Shown here: positions 28,060-39,300 of the stretch, piece after piece
Position numbering within the stretch: the stretch's first letter is position 1
How the letters are laid out: the number at the start of each line of letters is the position of its first letter
Origin: Candidatus Kerfeldbacteria bacterium
Lineage (GTDB): Bacteria; Patescibacteriota; Patescibacteriia; UBA9570
Direction: 5' to 3'
Assembly: GCA_016182495.1 (NCBI GenBank)
Contig: JACPGK010000032.1
Coordinates: forward strand, 23,917-87,916
Length of the DNA stretch: 64,000 bases
The notes under the pieces: generated by a model
Seen by the model: the letters and a program-made list of their open reading frames with translations, nothing else
Told to the model about the DNA's origin: nothing
Database searches by the model: none
Translations under genes and position numbers: made by a program

Positions 28060-29815
28060 CCACTACCCCATCATCGGTAGCGGCTGGATCGGTATTGAGC
28101 TTGGTAGTCACTTGGTCGGTTTGGGTTTGCATTGGCTGATCGGTTGCTTGATCGGTAGCTGTAACAATGGCTTCGTTTACCAACACGACCAGTTTATTCA
28201 CATCACCTTTGCTTGGCGTAATGGATACTGAAAAATCGGCTTGTTTGGTAACACCACTATCAACTGATTTTAAAGTGAAGGTAACACTACGATCGCTGGC
28301 ATTGTAACTTAGTCGGTTGTCATCAGTATCAATAAAGGTAGTAGTATCGGGCAAGCTGGCTGTCATGGTAATGTTTTCCATAGTACTACCCGTGGCCGTT
28401 ACCAGCCAACGAATTGTATAGGTAGTTGTTTCTCCAACCTGTGGTGGAGTAGGGCCACTGCCAAGTTTTGTTAAGTCGTCATCGTAGTAACGACCAAATG
28501 ATGCCGCTGTTAAACTACCACTTAAAGTTGTGGTTACCGTGGCAATTTGCTCAAAACTCACCGGAATATCGGCTGTGTGAGCGCTCATTACTGCTAGAGT
28601 GGCAGTAATAGTACTGGCATCTTCTATGGCGGTATTGGGAACAACCAATTGATACCCCAGGGTAGCGGTTTGATTTGATTTTAATTCATCAATCGCCTCT
28701 AACGTTACTGCTGCTGAATCGACTGCCTCACCGCTAAATTCTAGCTGTAGAGTAACATCATCTAAGCTAACGGTTGAAGTATTTTCAATAGTAATATCGT
28801 AATCAATGGTTTCGCCAGGAGAAACAAATTCAGGCGCATTGAGCTGTAAGCGTAATTCTGGATTAATCACTGTAATGATTGTACTGGTTTCTGCTTGCAC
28901 ATTAAAAAAACCATCCGGTTCTAGTAAGCCTAACTGGACAATAAATTCTTCCGTACTGCCATCTTTAGCTGCCAGATCACCGCTCACCGTAACCGTGACT
29001 GAACTATTCTGATCAATTTGATCAAACACCCAAGTATGATTACTTTGAGTAGCGCTCGGATCAGCTGAACTCGGACTAAAGGTATCAGGATACTGCACGT
29101 ACGCTTTGACATTGGTGAGTGGTAAACTAGCCGTATTGGTAACTGTAAAAACATAATCAATCACTTCGCCAGTGCGGGCTTGTTCCGGAGCAGTCACCGC
29201 TACTTTCATAATTGAATCATTCAGTTGCATGGAGATATGACTGGACGTTTGAAAATCGGAACTAAAATTGACTGGCTGATAGGTAAATAGTACGGTGAAA
29301 TCTTTACTATCCCCTTTTTGACCAACCAGTTGACCAGTGAAATCAATAGTGGCACTGGCTCCGGCCGGTAATTGGCTGACTGACCAGCTGGTGGTGTTTG
29401 GCGCATTTGGTTGTGGTTGAGCAGATCGTAAATAAAATCCAGCCGGTAGCACTAATTCGATGTCGCCGTGGTCAATCGCTACCGAGCTGTTATTGGTATA
29501 TGTAATCGTCAACGCCACTTCGTCACCCGAGGCTACGGCCGCTGGTGCAGCTAGCGCAATAATCACATCGCTCGAGCTTACTCCCGGCCGACTAGCACCA
29601 AATACGATATAGCCCAAGGCTGTAGCCACCAGTGATAGCACCATAATGGCTAACACCAATAATCCAATTGGTTTACGCGCTGTGGTTGTACGACGTTCCA
29701 GGGTAGTCATATCAACAGCCCCTTGAGTATGATCGTTTTGATACAGTTTGATCAATTCATCGTGATGATCAACATTAGCAGTAGTTGCTGTGCTCACCTT
29801 TTTTTTCTTGGACAT
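28046..29815 (-). CDS. N-terminally membrane-anchored, Thr/Ser/Val-rich surface protein with DUF11/CARDB-like beta repeats
   Basis: Lys-rich cytoplasmic tail, a single TM segment, then repeated ...TVTNTASLPLTNV.../...VTVSGDL... modules. Confidence 0.5.
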   Translation of the reverse strand: MSKKKKVSTATTANVDHHDELIKLYQNDHTQGAVDMTTLERRTTTARKPIGLLVLAIMVLSLVATALGYIVFGASRPGVSSSDVIIALAAPAAVASGDEVALTITYTNNSSVAIDHGDIELVLPAGFYLRSAQPQPNAPNTTSWSVSQLPAGASATIDFTGQLVGQKGDSKDFTVLFTYQPVNFSSDFQTSSHISMQLNDSIMKVAVTAPEQARTGEVIDYVFTVTNTASLPLTNVKAYVQYPDTFSPSSADPSATQSNHTWVFDQIDQNSSVTVTVSGDLAAKDGSTEEFIVQLGLLEPDGFFNVQAETSTIITVINPELRLQLNAPEFVSPGETIDYDITIENTSTVSLDDVTLQLEFSGEAVDSAAVTLEAIDELKSNQTATLGYQLVVPNTAIEDASTITATLAVMSAHTADIPVSFEQIATVTTTLSGSLTAASFGRYYDDDLTKLGSGPTPPQVGETTTYTIRWLVTATGSTMENITMTASLPDTTTFIDTDDNRLSYNASDRSVTFTLKSVDSGVTKQADFSVSITPSKGDVNKLVVLVNEAIVTATDQATDQPMQTQTDQVTTKLNTDPAATDDGVVVESN

Positions 29816-29822
29816 GGCGATA

Positions 29823-30440
29823 TTATACTAAAAGAATATTGGCTTGTACATGTGCCGGGCCATGCTGTATCAACCAGCGCTGCATACTAGCCACAATGCC
29901 TTGCCATTGACTATTGGTTAAGCGCAACTTTTGCACGCTCTGATAAGGTGTACTGGTTAACCACTGGATAATTTTAATCACCTCGGACTGATTCGTTTGA
30001 GCGGCTAAATCATAGCCTAATACCCGAATCACTTTGCAAGCAAAACTACACAACACGGTGCGATGAGCTCCGGTTTGATCAATCCAGGCTAAAATTTCAT
30101 ACAGCAATTGGTATAATACCGTATCGGCGGCCCCTTCGGGAGTAAGATCACCTACTAATTGGGTACACCAATGAGCGGCCTGCCACGACTGTTGCTGGGC
30201 TGTAATATGTTTAAACCGATGCCGGATAACGGCGCCACCTATTTTTGGACGTTGCCGAGCAGCGATTAAATATAAATCAATTTCGGCAAACGGTTCTAGG
30301 CTGCCAGCTAGCTTTGATTGCAGTTTGCGTACGCCATGTCCACGGACAATTTGCTTACCGGCTGTTTCAGAATACACTGTGTATACTCGATCGGCTTCTC
30401 GCCAGGCGCGATAGTACAGCACAATCGCTCGAGTATTCAT
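29823..30440 (-). CDS. recO: DNA repair protein RecO
   Basis: N-terminal OB-fold pattern RAIVLYYRAWREADRVYTVYSETAGK...LEPF; typical length. Confidence 0.6.
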   Translation of the reverse strand: MNTRAIVLYYRAWREADRVYTVYSETAGKQIVRGHGVRKLQSKLAGSLEPFAEIDLYLIAARQRPKIGGAVIRHRFKHITAQQQSWQAAHWCTQLVGDLTPEGAADTVLYQLLYEILAWIDQTGAHRTVLCSFACKVIRVLGYDLAAQTNQSEVIKIIQWLTSTPYQSVQKLRLTNSQWQGIVASMQRWLIQHGPAHVQANILLV

Positions 30441-33313
30441 CGCTGCAATACCACCGATATTTTTGCCTGATTGACGGTTAATTCTACAGCGGCTGCATCA
30501 AGTTGAGTAGCTGGTTCCAACCGATTGGCCAGTACGCTGCGTTGTAATAATTCAGCCTGCTGACTGAATATACTCTGCAGCACTGGATCGCTAGTCATGT
30601 ACTGTAGCACCACCTGATCGTGAATACTTAAACCTTGTTGTTTACGCAAAGCATTAATTTGACGAACTAATTCTCGCAGCATGCCTTGCTGGGCTAACTC
30701 GGGAGTAATAACGGTATCTAATTGATAATCTGCCCCGGGCTGAATCTGCTGCACATTCACTTCTGCCGCCACTACGCTGATCAGCTCATTTGACCATTGC
30801 TCACTGTGCGGAACGGTAGCACTGGTTAATGGTTGACGCACTTTCAGGCCAGCGTGTTCACGCAGGGCCAATATTTTTTCTACGGCCTGACGCGCTAACG
30901 CCATCTGTTCCAGCACCGTGGCATCATAGTACGATTGATCAAAGGCTGGCCAATCTGCCAAATGCACTGAATCACCAGTACCACCCAACTGTTGATAAAT
31001 ATGGTCACTAATAAAAGGAGTAAATGGAGCTAATAATTTAGTGACGGTTAATACCACATAGCGCAAAGTAGCTAAAGTCGATTGAGCTTGATCGTCGGAT
31101 AATTTAATTCGATCACGACTACGCCGGATATACCAGGTTGATAATTCTTGAATAAAACTTTCCAATTGATGAGTGGCGCTGGCTAAATCGTACTGTTCCA
31201 TTGCCGTGGTGACCTGTTGTACTGTTTGCTGGCACAAGCTAACAATCCAACGATCCATAATGTGCTCCGTGCTTGGTTGGGCTGATGGCGTTTGATCACG
31301 GGCAAACAGTTGATAGAACGTAAAGATATTCCACAATGTTAACAGCACTTTTTTCATCACCAAATCAACTCCTTTTTCGGAAAAACGTAAATCTTCTGCC
31401 TGCACTACCGGTGAACTCATCAAATAAAACCGTAAAGCATCGGCTCCGTATTTATTTAATACCAATTCGGGTTCAGGATAATTTTTTAAACGTTTACTCA
31501 TTTTTTTACCATCTTCAGCCAATACTAACCCATTCACAATCACGTTACGAAAAGCCGGTTTATCAAATAACGCCGTGCTTAACACCATCAAGGTATAAAA
31601 CCAACCACGAGTTTGATCTTGCCCTTCGGCAATAAATTGGGCCGGAAAGTTAGCCTCAAACTCGGCTTTATGTTCAAAAGGATAGTGTTGTTGCCCATAC
31701 GGCATGGCACCAGATTCGAACCAACAATCCACTACCTGGGGGATGCGCTTAAACTGTTTGTTATCCTTTGTAATCACAATTGGATCAACATATTGTTTAT
31801 GCAGATCAGTTACGGTGACGCCGGATAATTCAGCCAATTCAGCCATACTACTCACACAAATCACCTCACCGTCAGCTGCCTTCCAAATAGGCAATGGCGC
31901 GCCCCAATAACGATCACGTGAAATGGCCCAATCTTTGGCTCCGGCTAGCCACTTACCAAACCGGCCAGCTTTAATATGATCGGGCAGCCAGTGAATTAGG
32001 TCGTTATTTTTAAGCAGACGTTCTTTTAGATTTGTCACCCGAACAAACCAAGAAGTTGTGGCATAGTTCAACAAGGGAGTATCACAGCGCCAACAGTGCG
32101 GATAGTTATGGCGATACGTTTCAGTGCGCCACACTAGACCAGCTGATTGGACTAATTCCAATAACTTAGCTTGCCCCCGTTTCACTGGTAAGCCAGCCAA
32201 CGGTTTAGTTAACTGGTTAAAGGTACCGTCCATATCAACATCCATCACCATTGGCAAATGATTGGTTTGGGCTGCTTGCATATCAATATCCCCATAGGAA
32301 CCGTTAATAGTGACAATGCCCGTACCCTCGGTGACTTCAACATAATCGGCGGCAAACACATGGTACACGTTGGGATTATTTTTTACTTCCGGTACATCAC
32401 GGTAATAGTCAACAATCGGTTGATAGGCTAACCCAACCAGCTGATCACCTTTGAATTCATCAATCACTTGGTAATGAGTAACGTTCTGCATCACTGTGGC
32501 CAGGCGATCTTTCACGCAAATCACATAGTCGTCACCCACTTTAACTTTCACATACGTATGCTGTACACCAACCGATAATCCCATGGTAGTTGGCGTGCTC
32601 CAGGGTGTAGTGGTCCAAGCCAGTAAGTAGGTGTTTGGTTGATTGAGCACTTTAAATTTCCAGGTGACGGCGATATCATCAACCTCGCGATAGCCTAAAG
32701 TGACTTCAAAATTCGATAACGGCGTGACACAACGTGGGCACACATGCATGGCTTTTTTACCTTCGTAAATTAAGCCTTGTTTATATAATTCACTAAATAC
32801 CCACCAGACCGATTCCATAAAAGTGGGATCCATAGTGCGGTAGTCGTTATCCATATCCACCCACCGCCCTAATCGCTCAATGGTACTGCGCCATTCTTTG
32901 GTGTAGCGTAACACACTATCGCGGCAGGCATCGTTAAATTTAGCCACCCCAATGGCTTCAATATCCTGTTTGGTTTTTAGGCCCAATTCTTGTTCAATCA
33001 AATTTTCCACTGGCAAGCCGTGACAATCCCAACCCCAACGCCGTTCTACTCGATAGCCACGCATAGTGGCATAACGTGGTACGACATCTTTGATAGTGGA
33101 AGCAACAATATGACCATAATGGGGTAAGCCGGTAGCAAAGGGCGGGCCATCATAAAATACAAAGGAACGATCAACTGGTCGCTGGCTGACGGATCGTTCA
33201 AAAATGTTTAGTTGTTTCCAACGCTCACTGACTTGTTGCTCAAGTTGGGCAAAATTTGGTTGCGGCATAATAAAATTTGCCCGAACTATAGCATTGTTTG
33301 GCGTGAATGGCAA
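30437..33313 (-). CDS. ileS: Isoleucine--tRNA ligase
   Basis: PHYGHIV (HIGH), GWDCHGLPVE and KMSKRLKN (KMSKS), with the domain order of a class I editing synthetase. Confidence 0.85.
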   Translation of the reverse strand: MPFTPNNAIVRANFIMPQPNFAQLEQQVSERWKQLNIFERSVSQRPVDRSFVFYDGPPFATGLPHYGHIVASTIKDVVPRYATMRGYRVERRWGWDCHGLPVENLIEQELGLKTKQDIEAIGVAKFNDACRDSVLRYTKEWRSTIERLGRWVDMDNDYRTMDPTFMESVWWVFSELYKQGLIYEGKKAMHVCPRCVTPLSNFEVTLGYREVDDIAVTWKFKVLNQPNTYLLAWTTTPWSTPTTMGLSVGVQHTYVKVKVGDDYVICVKDRLATVMQNVTHYQVIDEFKGDQLVGLAYQPIVDYYRDVPEVKNNPNVYHVFAADYVEVTEGTGIVTINGSYGDIDMQAAQTNHLPMVMDVDMDGTFNQLTKPLAGLPVKRGQAKLLELVQSAGLVWRTETYRHNYPHCWRCDTPLLNYATTSWFVRVTNLKERLLKNNDLIHWLPDHIKAGRFGKWLAGAKDWAISRDRYWGAPLPIWKAADGEVICVSSMAELAELSGVTVTDLHKQYVDPIVITKDNKQFKRIPQVVDCWFESGAMPYGQQHYPFEHKAEFEANFPAQFIAEGQDQTRGWFYTLMVLSTALFDKPAFRNVIVNGLVLAEDGKKMSKRLKNYPEPELVLNKYGADALRFYLMSSPVVQAEDLRFSEKGVDLVMKKVLLTLWNIFTFYQLFARDQTPSAQPSTEHIMDRWIVSLCQQTVQQVTTAMEQYDLASATHQLESFIQELSTWYIRRSRDRIKLSDDQAQSTLATLRYVVLTVTKLLAPFTPFISDHIYQQLGGTGDSVHLADWPAFDQSYYDATVLEQMALARQAVEKILALREHAGLKVRQPLTSATVPHSEQWSNELISVVAAEVNVQQIQPGADYQLDTVITPELAQQGMLRELVRQINALRKQQGLSIHDQVVLQYMTSDPVLQSIFSQQAELLQRSVLANRLEPATQLDAAAVELTVNQAKISVVLQR

Positions 33314-36300
33314 TTAGCCAGGAAATTCAAATAATTGTTTGGCTTGAATGGCTTTATTTTTTAAGCGCTCAACCAACGTAGCCATACCCGCGGGAGTATC
33401 TAAGTGAAAAGCAGCCACTAATGCTGGTCCGCGCAAGGCTTTGGCGCGGTCATCATCGCGCAGGCCATCACGTAATTTTGTGACAATAGGTTTGATAAAT
33501 ACTCCTTCGTTTGTTAAAGCTTCGCGTAAAGCTGTTACTACCGCAGGCGATTTGATCCAGTCAGGAACTTGTTTGCCGAGATTACCAAATTTAACCCATT
33601 GTTTTGCTTCAGCTTTTAATGCGTCTGGTTCAACTGCCACGGGTTCAGCAACCGGTACTACTGCTTCCTCGACTGGAGCTGGAGTTTCTGCTGCCGACGC
33701 TGCCTCGTCTGCAATTGGAACAGCTGCTTGAATTTCAGCTGGTGCTGCTGCAGCCGGCGCTTCAACTGGTTCAGCCGCAAGTGCTTCGGCCACAATTGGT
33801 TTACGTGATTTTCGTGCTGGCTTGTTTACGTCTTGAACAACTGGTTCATCAACTCTAGTTTTAGCTTTAACTCTACCTTTTTTAATTGGTATTGCTGGGG
33901 TGGCAGCTGGTTCTTCAACTGCAACAGCTGCTGGGGCAGGTGCTGGCACTGGTTCAGCTGGTGGTTGGGGTAAATCACGCAGAATTGTTTTTAAGTTTAC
34001 TTGGTTAGGTTTTTTGCCTAGTGTTGTTAACAAAGCAGCCACCGCTGGTTGATACGGTTCATCATTAGCTTGCACTAAACCAACGGCTTTGAGAGTATCG
34101 GCCACTGTTCGACCGGCGTTGTTATCGGGTGATAATGCTAATTGCAAACTATCCAAATTGGGTTTGCGGCGAGTTTCTTTAACATGCACCAAACCTACTC
34201 GTAAGGCTTCAATTAAAGCTGGATGATTCAACATTGTTCTCAAGTCTATAAATTCTGGCAAGGCATTAACTTTAGCTTGTTCTCCATTGAATAGTTCAGC
34301 TAGGTTGCCAAGACCTTTATGTTCATCAACCCCTGCTGCTACTACCACTCGCGGAGCTTCTGTAACCCAAGGCCTAGCCCCTGCTGCACTTGACCGACCG
34401 CTGCGACCGGATTTTTTGCCAAGATCAATTGGATAATCAAATACATCAGCTGCCAAAGTTTTACCGTTCTTAATATTAGTCAGCACTGTTCCTAAACGCT
34501 CGTTGCTAAATTGATGTTCAGCTGAAACTAAACCACTAGCCCGCTGCACTGCTACACCAATATTTTCTGTGGCTGCTGGCTGTACGGTAGCATGTAACTC
34601 TTGAACAGCCTGGGCAAGGGTTTGCGCCTGTGGTGCTTGTAGTAATTCATTGGGTAAATCGAGTAAGCGGGCAAAAATGAAATCGGTAAAGGTGCCGCCA
34701 AAATTGCGTACAATCACGCGCATGGCCTGGGCTAATTGATTATGTCGCTCAAGCTCTGCACCGGTTGGTTCAGCTTCACCACTATCCCGGTAAATATTAG
34801 CTTCGCCGCGATTGGCTCGTTCCACAATTTCAGTCAGTCGTTCAGTGTTCGGTGTGTCATCTTCTACTAAGCCAGTGGCTATCCCCAAATCCTGCTCAAA
34901 CCGACGATCAACCAAATTACGATTCAACCGCCGTTCGTTCAGCAAATGATCAATGATTCTAATCTGATCAACTGGGTTAGCAACCAGAGTTGTTATTCGA
35001 TGGGTGATATCTTTGCCTAATTTATCACCAAAAATTTTAGTAATTCTTTCCTGTTTACTAGCTAACCGTTCGGGTAAATCCACTTGCGCTCTAAAAAATC
35101 CATCCAGCACTTGGCGAAAGCCATTGATAGCTCCTATTAATTTATTATAATCACGTTGAGCTTGCTCACTGGCGCGAGCATCAGCTGGCGGTAATTCCAA
35201 TACCTTTCCATCAGCTTGAATTAAGGCCAAACGTGGCTCAATAGTATCAGTTAAAACCGTTCGGTAAGCTTGGGCTCCAGCTACATCGAGTGGTGGTTTT
35301 TTAGGAATTTTCGGCACCTCTACATGAGCTATAAACCAGCGTAACCGAGCTTTCAAAGCACCATTTAATACGTAGGAGCGATTATCTAATTCACGCTGAC
35401 ATAGCGCCGCAAAGCTTGCCGGATCGGTAAAGCCCCTACCACTTGGATTACGCACCGGTGCGCGTTTCAGTTCATCAGGCATAGCTGTTTGCACGGTATT
35501 CAAAGTAGCTTGTAAAGCAACCAGCCGTTGCTTGAGCCCTTGTTCAACTGTCCGAGTAGTATCATCAGATACCCGCGAAGCTGCTGAATCGGCGTTTTCA
35601 CAGTGTTTCTTCACTTCGCCAATTTGTACAAAAACTTCGTTGGCTGGCTGGAGTACTTCAGTGTTCAGCCGACTGACTAATGCAGTAGCTGCAGCCACTT
35701 GTTCAGTGGTAATTGGAGTTCGTTCAGAGGGAGAAGGTGCACCTGAAGCAACTGGGTTGGCGACGGTTGTCTGTGCTAAATCAGCAACGCACTGCTTTAC
35801 AATTGTGTCGGCACCGGCGATGATGTTTGCTTCGGATACAGTGGCTAAATCGGTAATGGTGTGACCATTAAATTCGGCGGCTGGGATAGTAGTAAGAGCA
35901 TCAGCTACTTGTGTCCGGAAATACTCTAGCACTGCTAATTGTTGTGATAGTGTTAAACCACGAGTGGTCATGGCTTCGGTAAAGCCACGTACGAACACAT
36001 TACCATATAAATCACGCAACTCACTTAATTGGCGATCCAGCTGAAGTTGTTCTTCTGGAGTATGAAAGGCTATATCCATTCTAAATAAAGGTTTTTGATT
36101 TTTGGCTAAACGTTCAGCCATGGCGGTTACTTCAGCTTCATTTACAAGATGAGTTGCGGAATCAACTAAACCGAGAGCAGCTAATAACGGTAGGTCTAAA
36201 GCTACGTTACGTAATGGCTGCCATTGTAGGCTCACTCGCAATGCCCTTACCGTATTGACTAACCGGCGCATGGCGGCGGCTTGCTTATCGGGATTAGACA

Positions 36301-39300
36301 AATGAGTACGTAAGCTTGCTAACAATGGAGTAAAAAAACTGTCATCAAAGTCAAAGCTAGTTCGTAAATCTTCGATGATAGCCGTGGTAGGATCAGTGGT
36401 TTCAGGTATCAGTTGAATGATATCTCGTTCAAAATTAACGGCTCGTGCCACCATGGCAGAAACATCGTCCGCTAGTACAGCTACGCGCTGATCGGGAGTA
36501 GCCGCGGTTAAAGCCAGTCCGCGTGGGCCAACCAAATGACGATTCCAACTGCCAATAAATGCAAGCAAAGCATTACGTTGTGATTCTAACTCTGGAGCAG
36601 CGCCCGTTAAAGCAAGCATCAATTGATCGCGAAATGATTCGCCAAACGTAGTTCCAACTACATCGCGTAGATGATTAATTTCACTGCGTAATTCGGCTGG
36701 GGTTTTTTTCAATTCAAAAATGCTAGCTGACCGTTGAATGATTCGGGTAAAAATATCTTGTAACCGCCGACGTTGGAGTCGACCAAGTCGATCGACAATA
36801 CGAACTTCAGCAAAAAAATCCATGTTGTTATCGGCTGTCACGGTTGATCCATCCGCTAACCGAAAGTTCCGTAATTGCTGCAGCAGATTATCTAACATCT
36901 CAACCACTACGTTATCAGTAAAAGGAACATTAGCGTCAGTTTCGGCAGTGCGTATGGCAGCTTGTAAGTCATTAGAAAAGCGTTCACCAAGCACCTGTTC
37001 TAATTGACCACCCAGTTGCCGAATACGTTCAGCAGGATTGGTTGGTACACCGAGATCAAAAATATTAGGCTGACGATCAATAATATCATACATTAAGCGC
37101 TGCCACACCGCTGGATTATCAGTACCATCTGCCTGGTGCACGCCAATGGCTTGAAAAAACTCACCCCGGGTAGCTTGGCTTACTGTTCGATTACCAGATA
37201 AGCGGTACGTGGTGATGGCCTGAAGGGCATGCCGTAACATTGCGGTAATTTCGCTGTTAGGAATGCTTTGCTGGCGCTGATGTTCAATGCCTTGAATGGT
37301 TGTTTCAAAACGACCCATGAAAGCCTGGCCAACAATGGCTTGTAATTGATTAAATTGGCGGCCTAAGTCTTGTAATTCGGCTTGTTGAGCAGCATTGCCC
37401 ACAGGGGCTGTAGCCACCCGTCGTTCCAGCGCCTGGCGAGCTAACTCGGCTGGGTTAGGTGCCGCTTGAGGGGGATGTGGTGGTACTGGGGCACCTGGTG
37501 CAGCGCCAGCAGCAGCAGCCGGGCCAGCACCAGCCGCGGTTGGCAGGGCAAAAATATCAGCCGCCGTTGCCATGATGCCAGCACATACTTGGCGCACCCG
37601 AGTTGGTACTAACTGACCACGGACATCGACTAAACCAACGTGTTGTAAAAATTCAACCCCTAATTGCATACCGGTTTGAGCAGCTAGTACGGTTCGCGCT
37701 TGAACAATAGCTAAATGATACATCCCTAACCGTTCAGCCGCAGTATAATTACGGCCGGTAGCTACTTCACTGGCTTGCACAGCGGCTGCCAAAGCAGTAA
37801 AAAAGTTATCACCAAAAATCTGCTTGATACGATTCACCTCTTGTTCTACCGCTTGGCCTTGCTGACGTTCTTGATTAATGGTCACTAATACATTTGGCGT
37901 ACCACGAATAATACCTTGCAATACTCGTCGTAACGGTGCCCCGGTGGCTAAGCGGCCACTGGTATCAGTCAACCCTAAATGTTCTAATAATTCATTACCA
38001 ACCCCTAAACCAGGGTGTAATCGCATCACTGCTTGTGCCTGTACCACAGCAAAATTATACATCACGACGCGGGCAGGGCGATTGAATTGGTGGCTAGTGC
38101 GAGTAGCTTCTTGCTGAATTTCAGCATCAAGCGCTGTAATAAATGGATCGCCAAAATGATGACGTAGTTCTGCTAAAGCATGATCGTGTGCTTCATAACT
38201 AGCCACGGCTGAAGCAAACTGACCTTCCAGTGCGGTAATGGCGGCATGTAATCCAGTCACCTGTGTTTGCATTGCCAAATACACTGGGGGGTTTAAAAAT
38301 TGAGGAAGTTGCGTTACTGTGGTTACATCCAGGTGCAGATCGTTTATTGGATTAAGCGCAGTGGCTCGTAAATTAGCCAATAACGTTTGCCATTCAACCA
38401 AGGTACCATTACCACTGGCCAAGCGGGCTTGGATATCGGTAGCCAATGGCTGCCAGGCAGTGGTTACTGCTGTAGCCAGACGGGTAGTGCGATCACAAAT
38501 GGTTTGATCTAACAAGCGGCCATGAGTTTCGGTTTGTTGATTAATAGCCGTCAAACGATCATTCAAGGTGGCTCCATTCTGTAAACGCAGTGACCCAACT
38601 CCCGAAAAAGTTGCCATACAATGTATGCGATACAGTTCCCGTAACTTATTTAATCGATCTTTAGCATCATGTTCTTTGGTGCGTACCTCGGCAGTAAGTT
38701 CGTTACGTTGCCAATGTTGTTGCAGTTCTGTCATTAACCGTTGCACGGCAACTAAATCTGGCTGGGCTTGAGTTTCAACTTGGCTATCAGTCTGTTCAGC
38801 TTGAGCTATTGCTTCTGGATGATCCAAATTAACTGCCCTCACCTGTTCATCGGTACTTATGATATGTTCCGAATGATTAGCCGAACGGTTATTATCAGCA
38901 ATAGCTGATGCTCCCAACATTTGTTCACCCAAAATACCGCCAGCTAATATTACACTGGCGCCTAACTTATCAACTAAGCCTGCTTCCCAGCGATCAGCCG
39001 CACTGGCTAAGGCCAGTTCAGTCAATACCCGACTAGTGCCCACTGGTTGATAAATATCTTGCAATAATAGTAAACGCACATCAGGATTAGTAGACACTAT
39101 GTCACCAACAATGGTATCGCCGGTTGGGGCTGGTGCCGCCGCGACAGCAGCGGCTTCGCGTATCGCTCGAGCTTGTTCTACTAATTGCATCCACCGTTGA
39201 TTAACTCCAACATAGTCTGGGGCGCCGGAACCATCAACAAAGCGCAATTCGTGACTACGAATAAAGGCAGTATCTTTTCCTTGAAAAGCTTCATGTAAAG

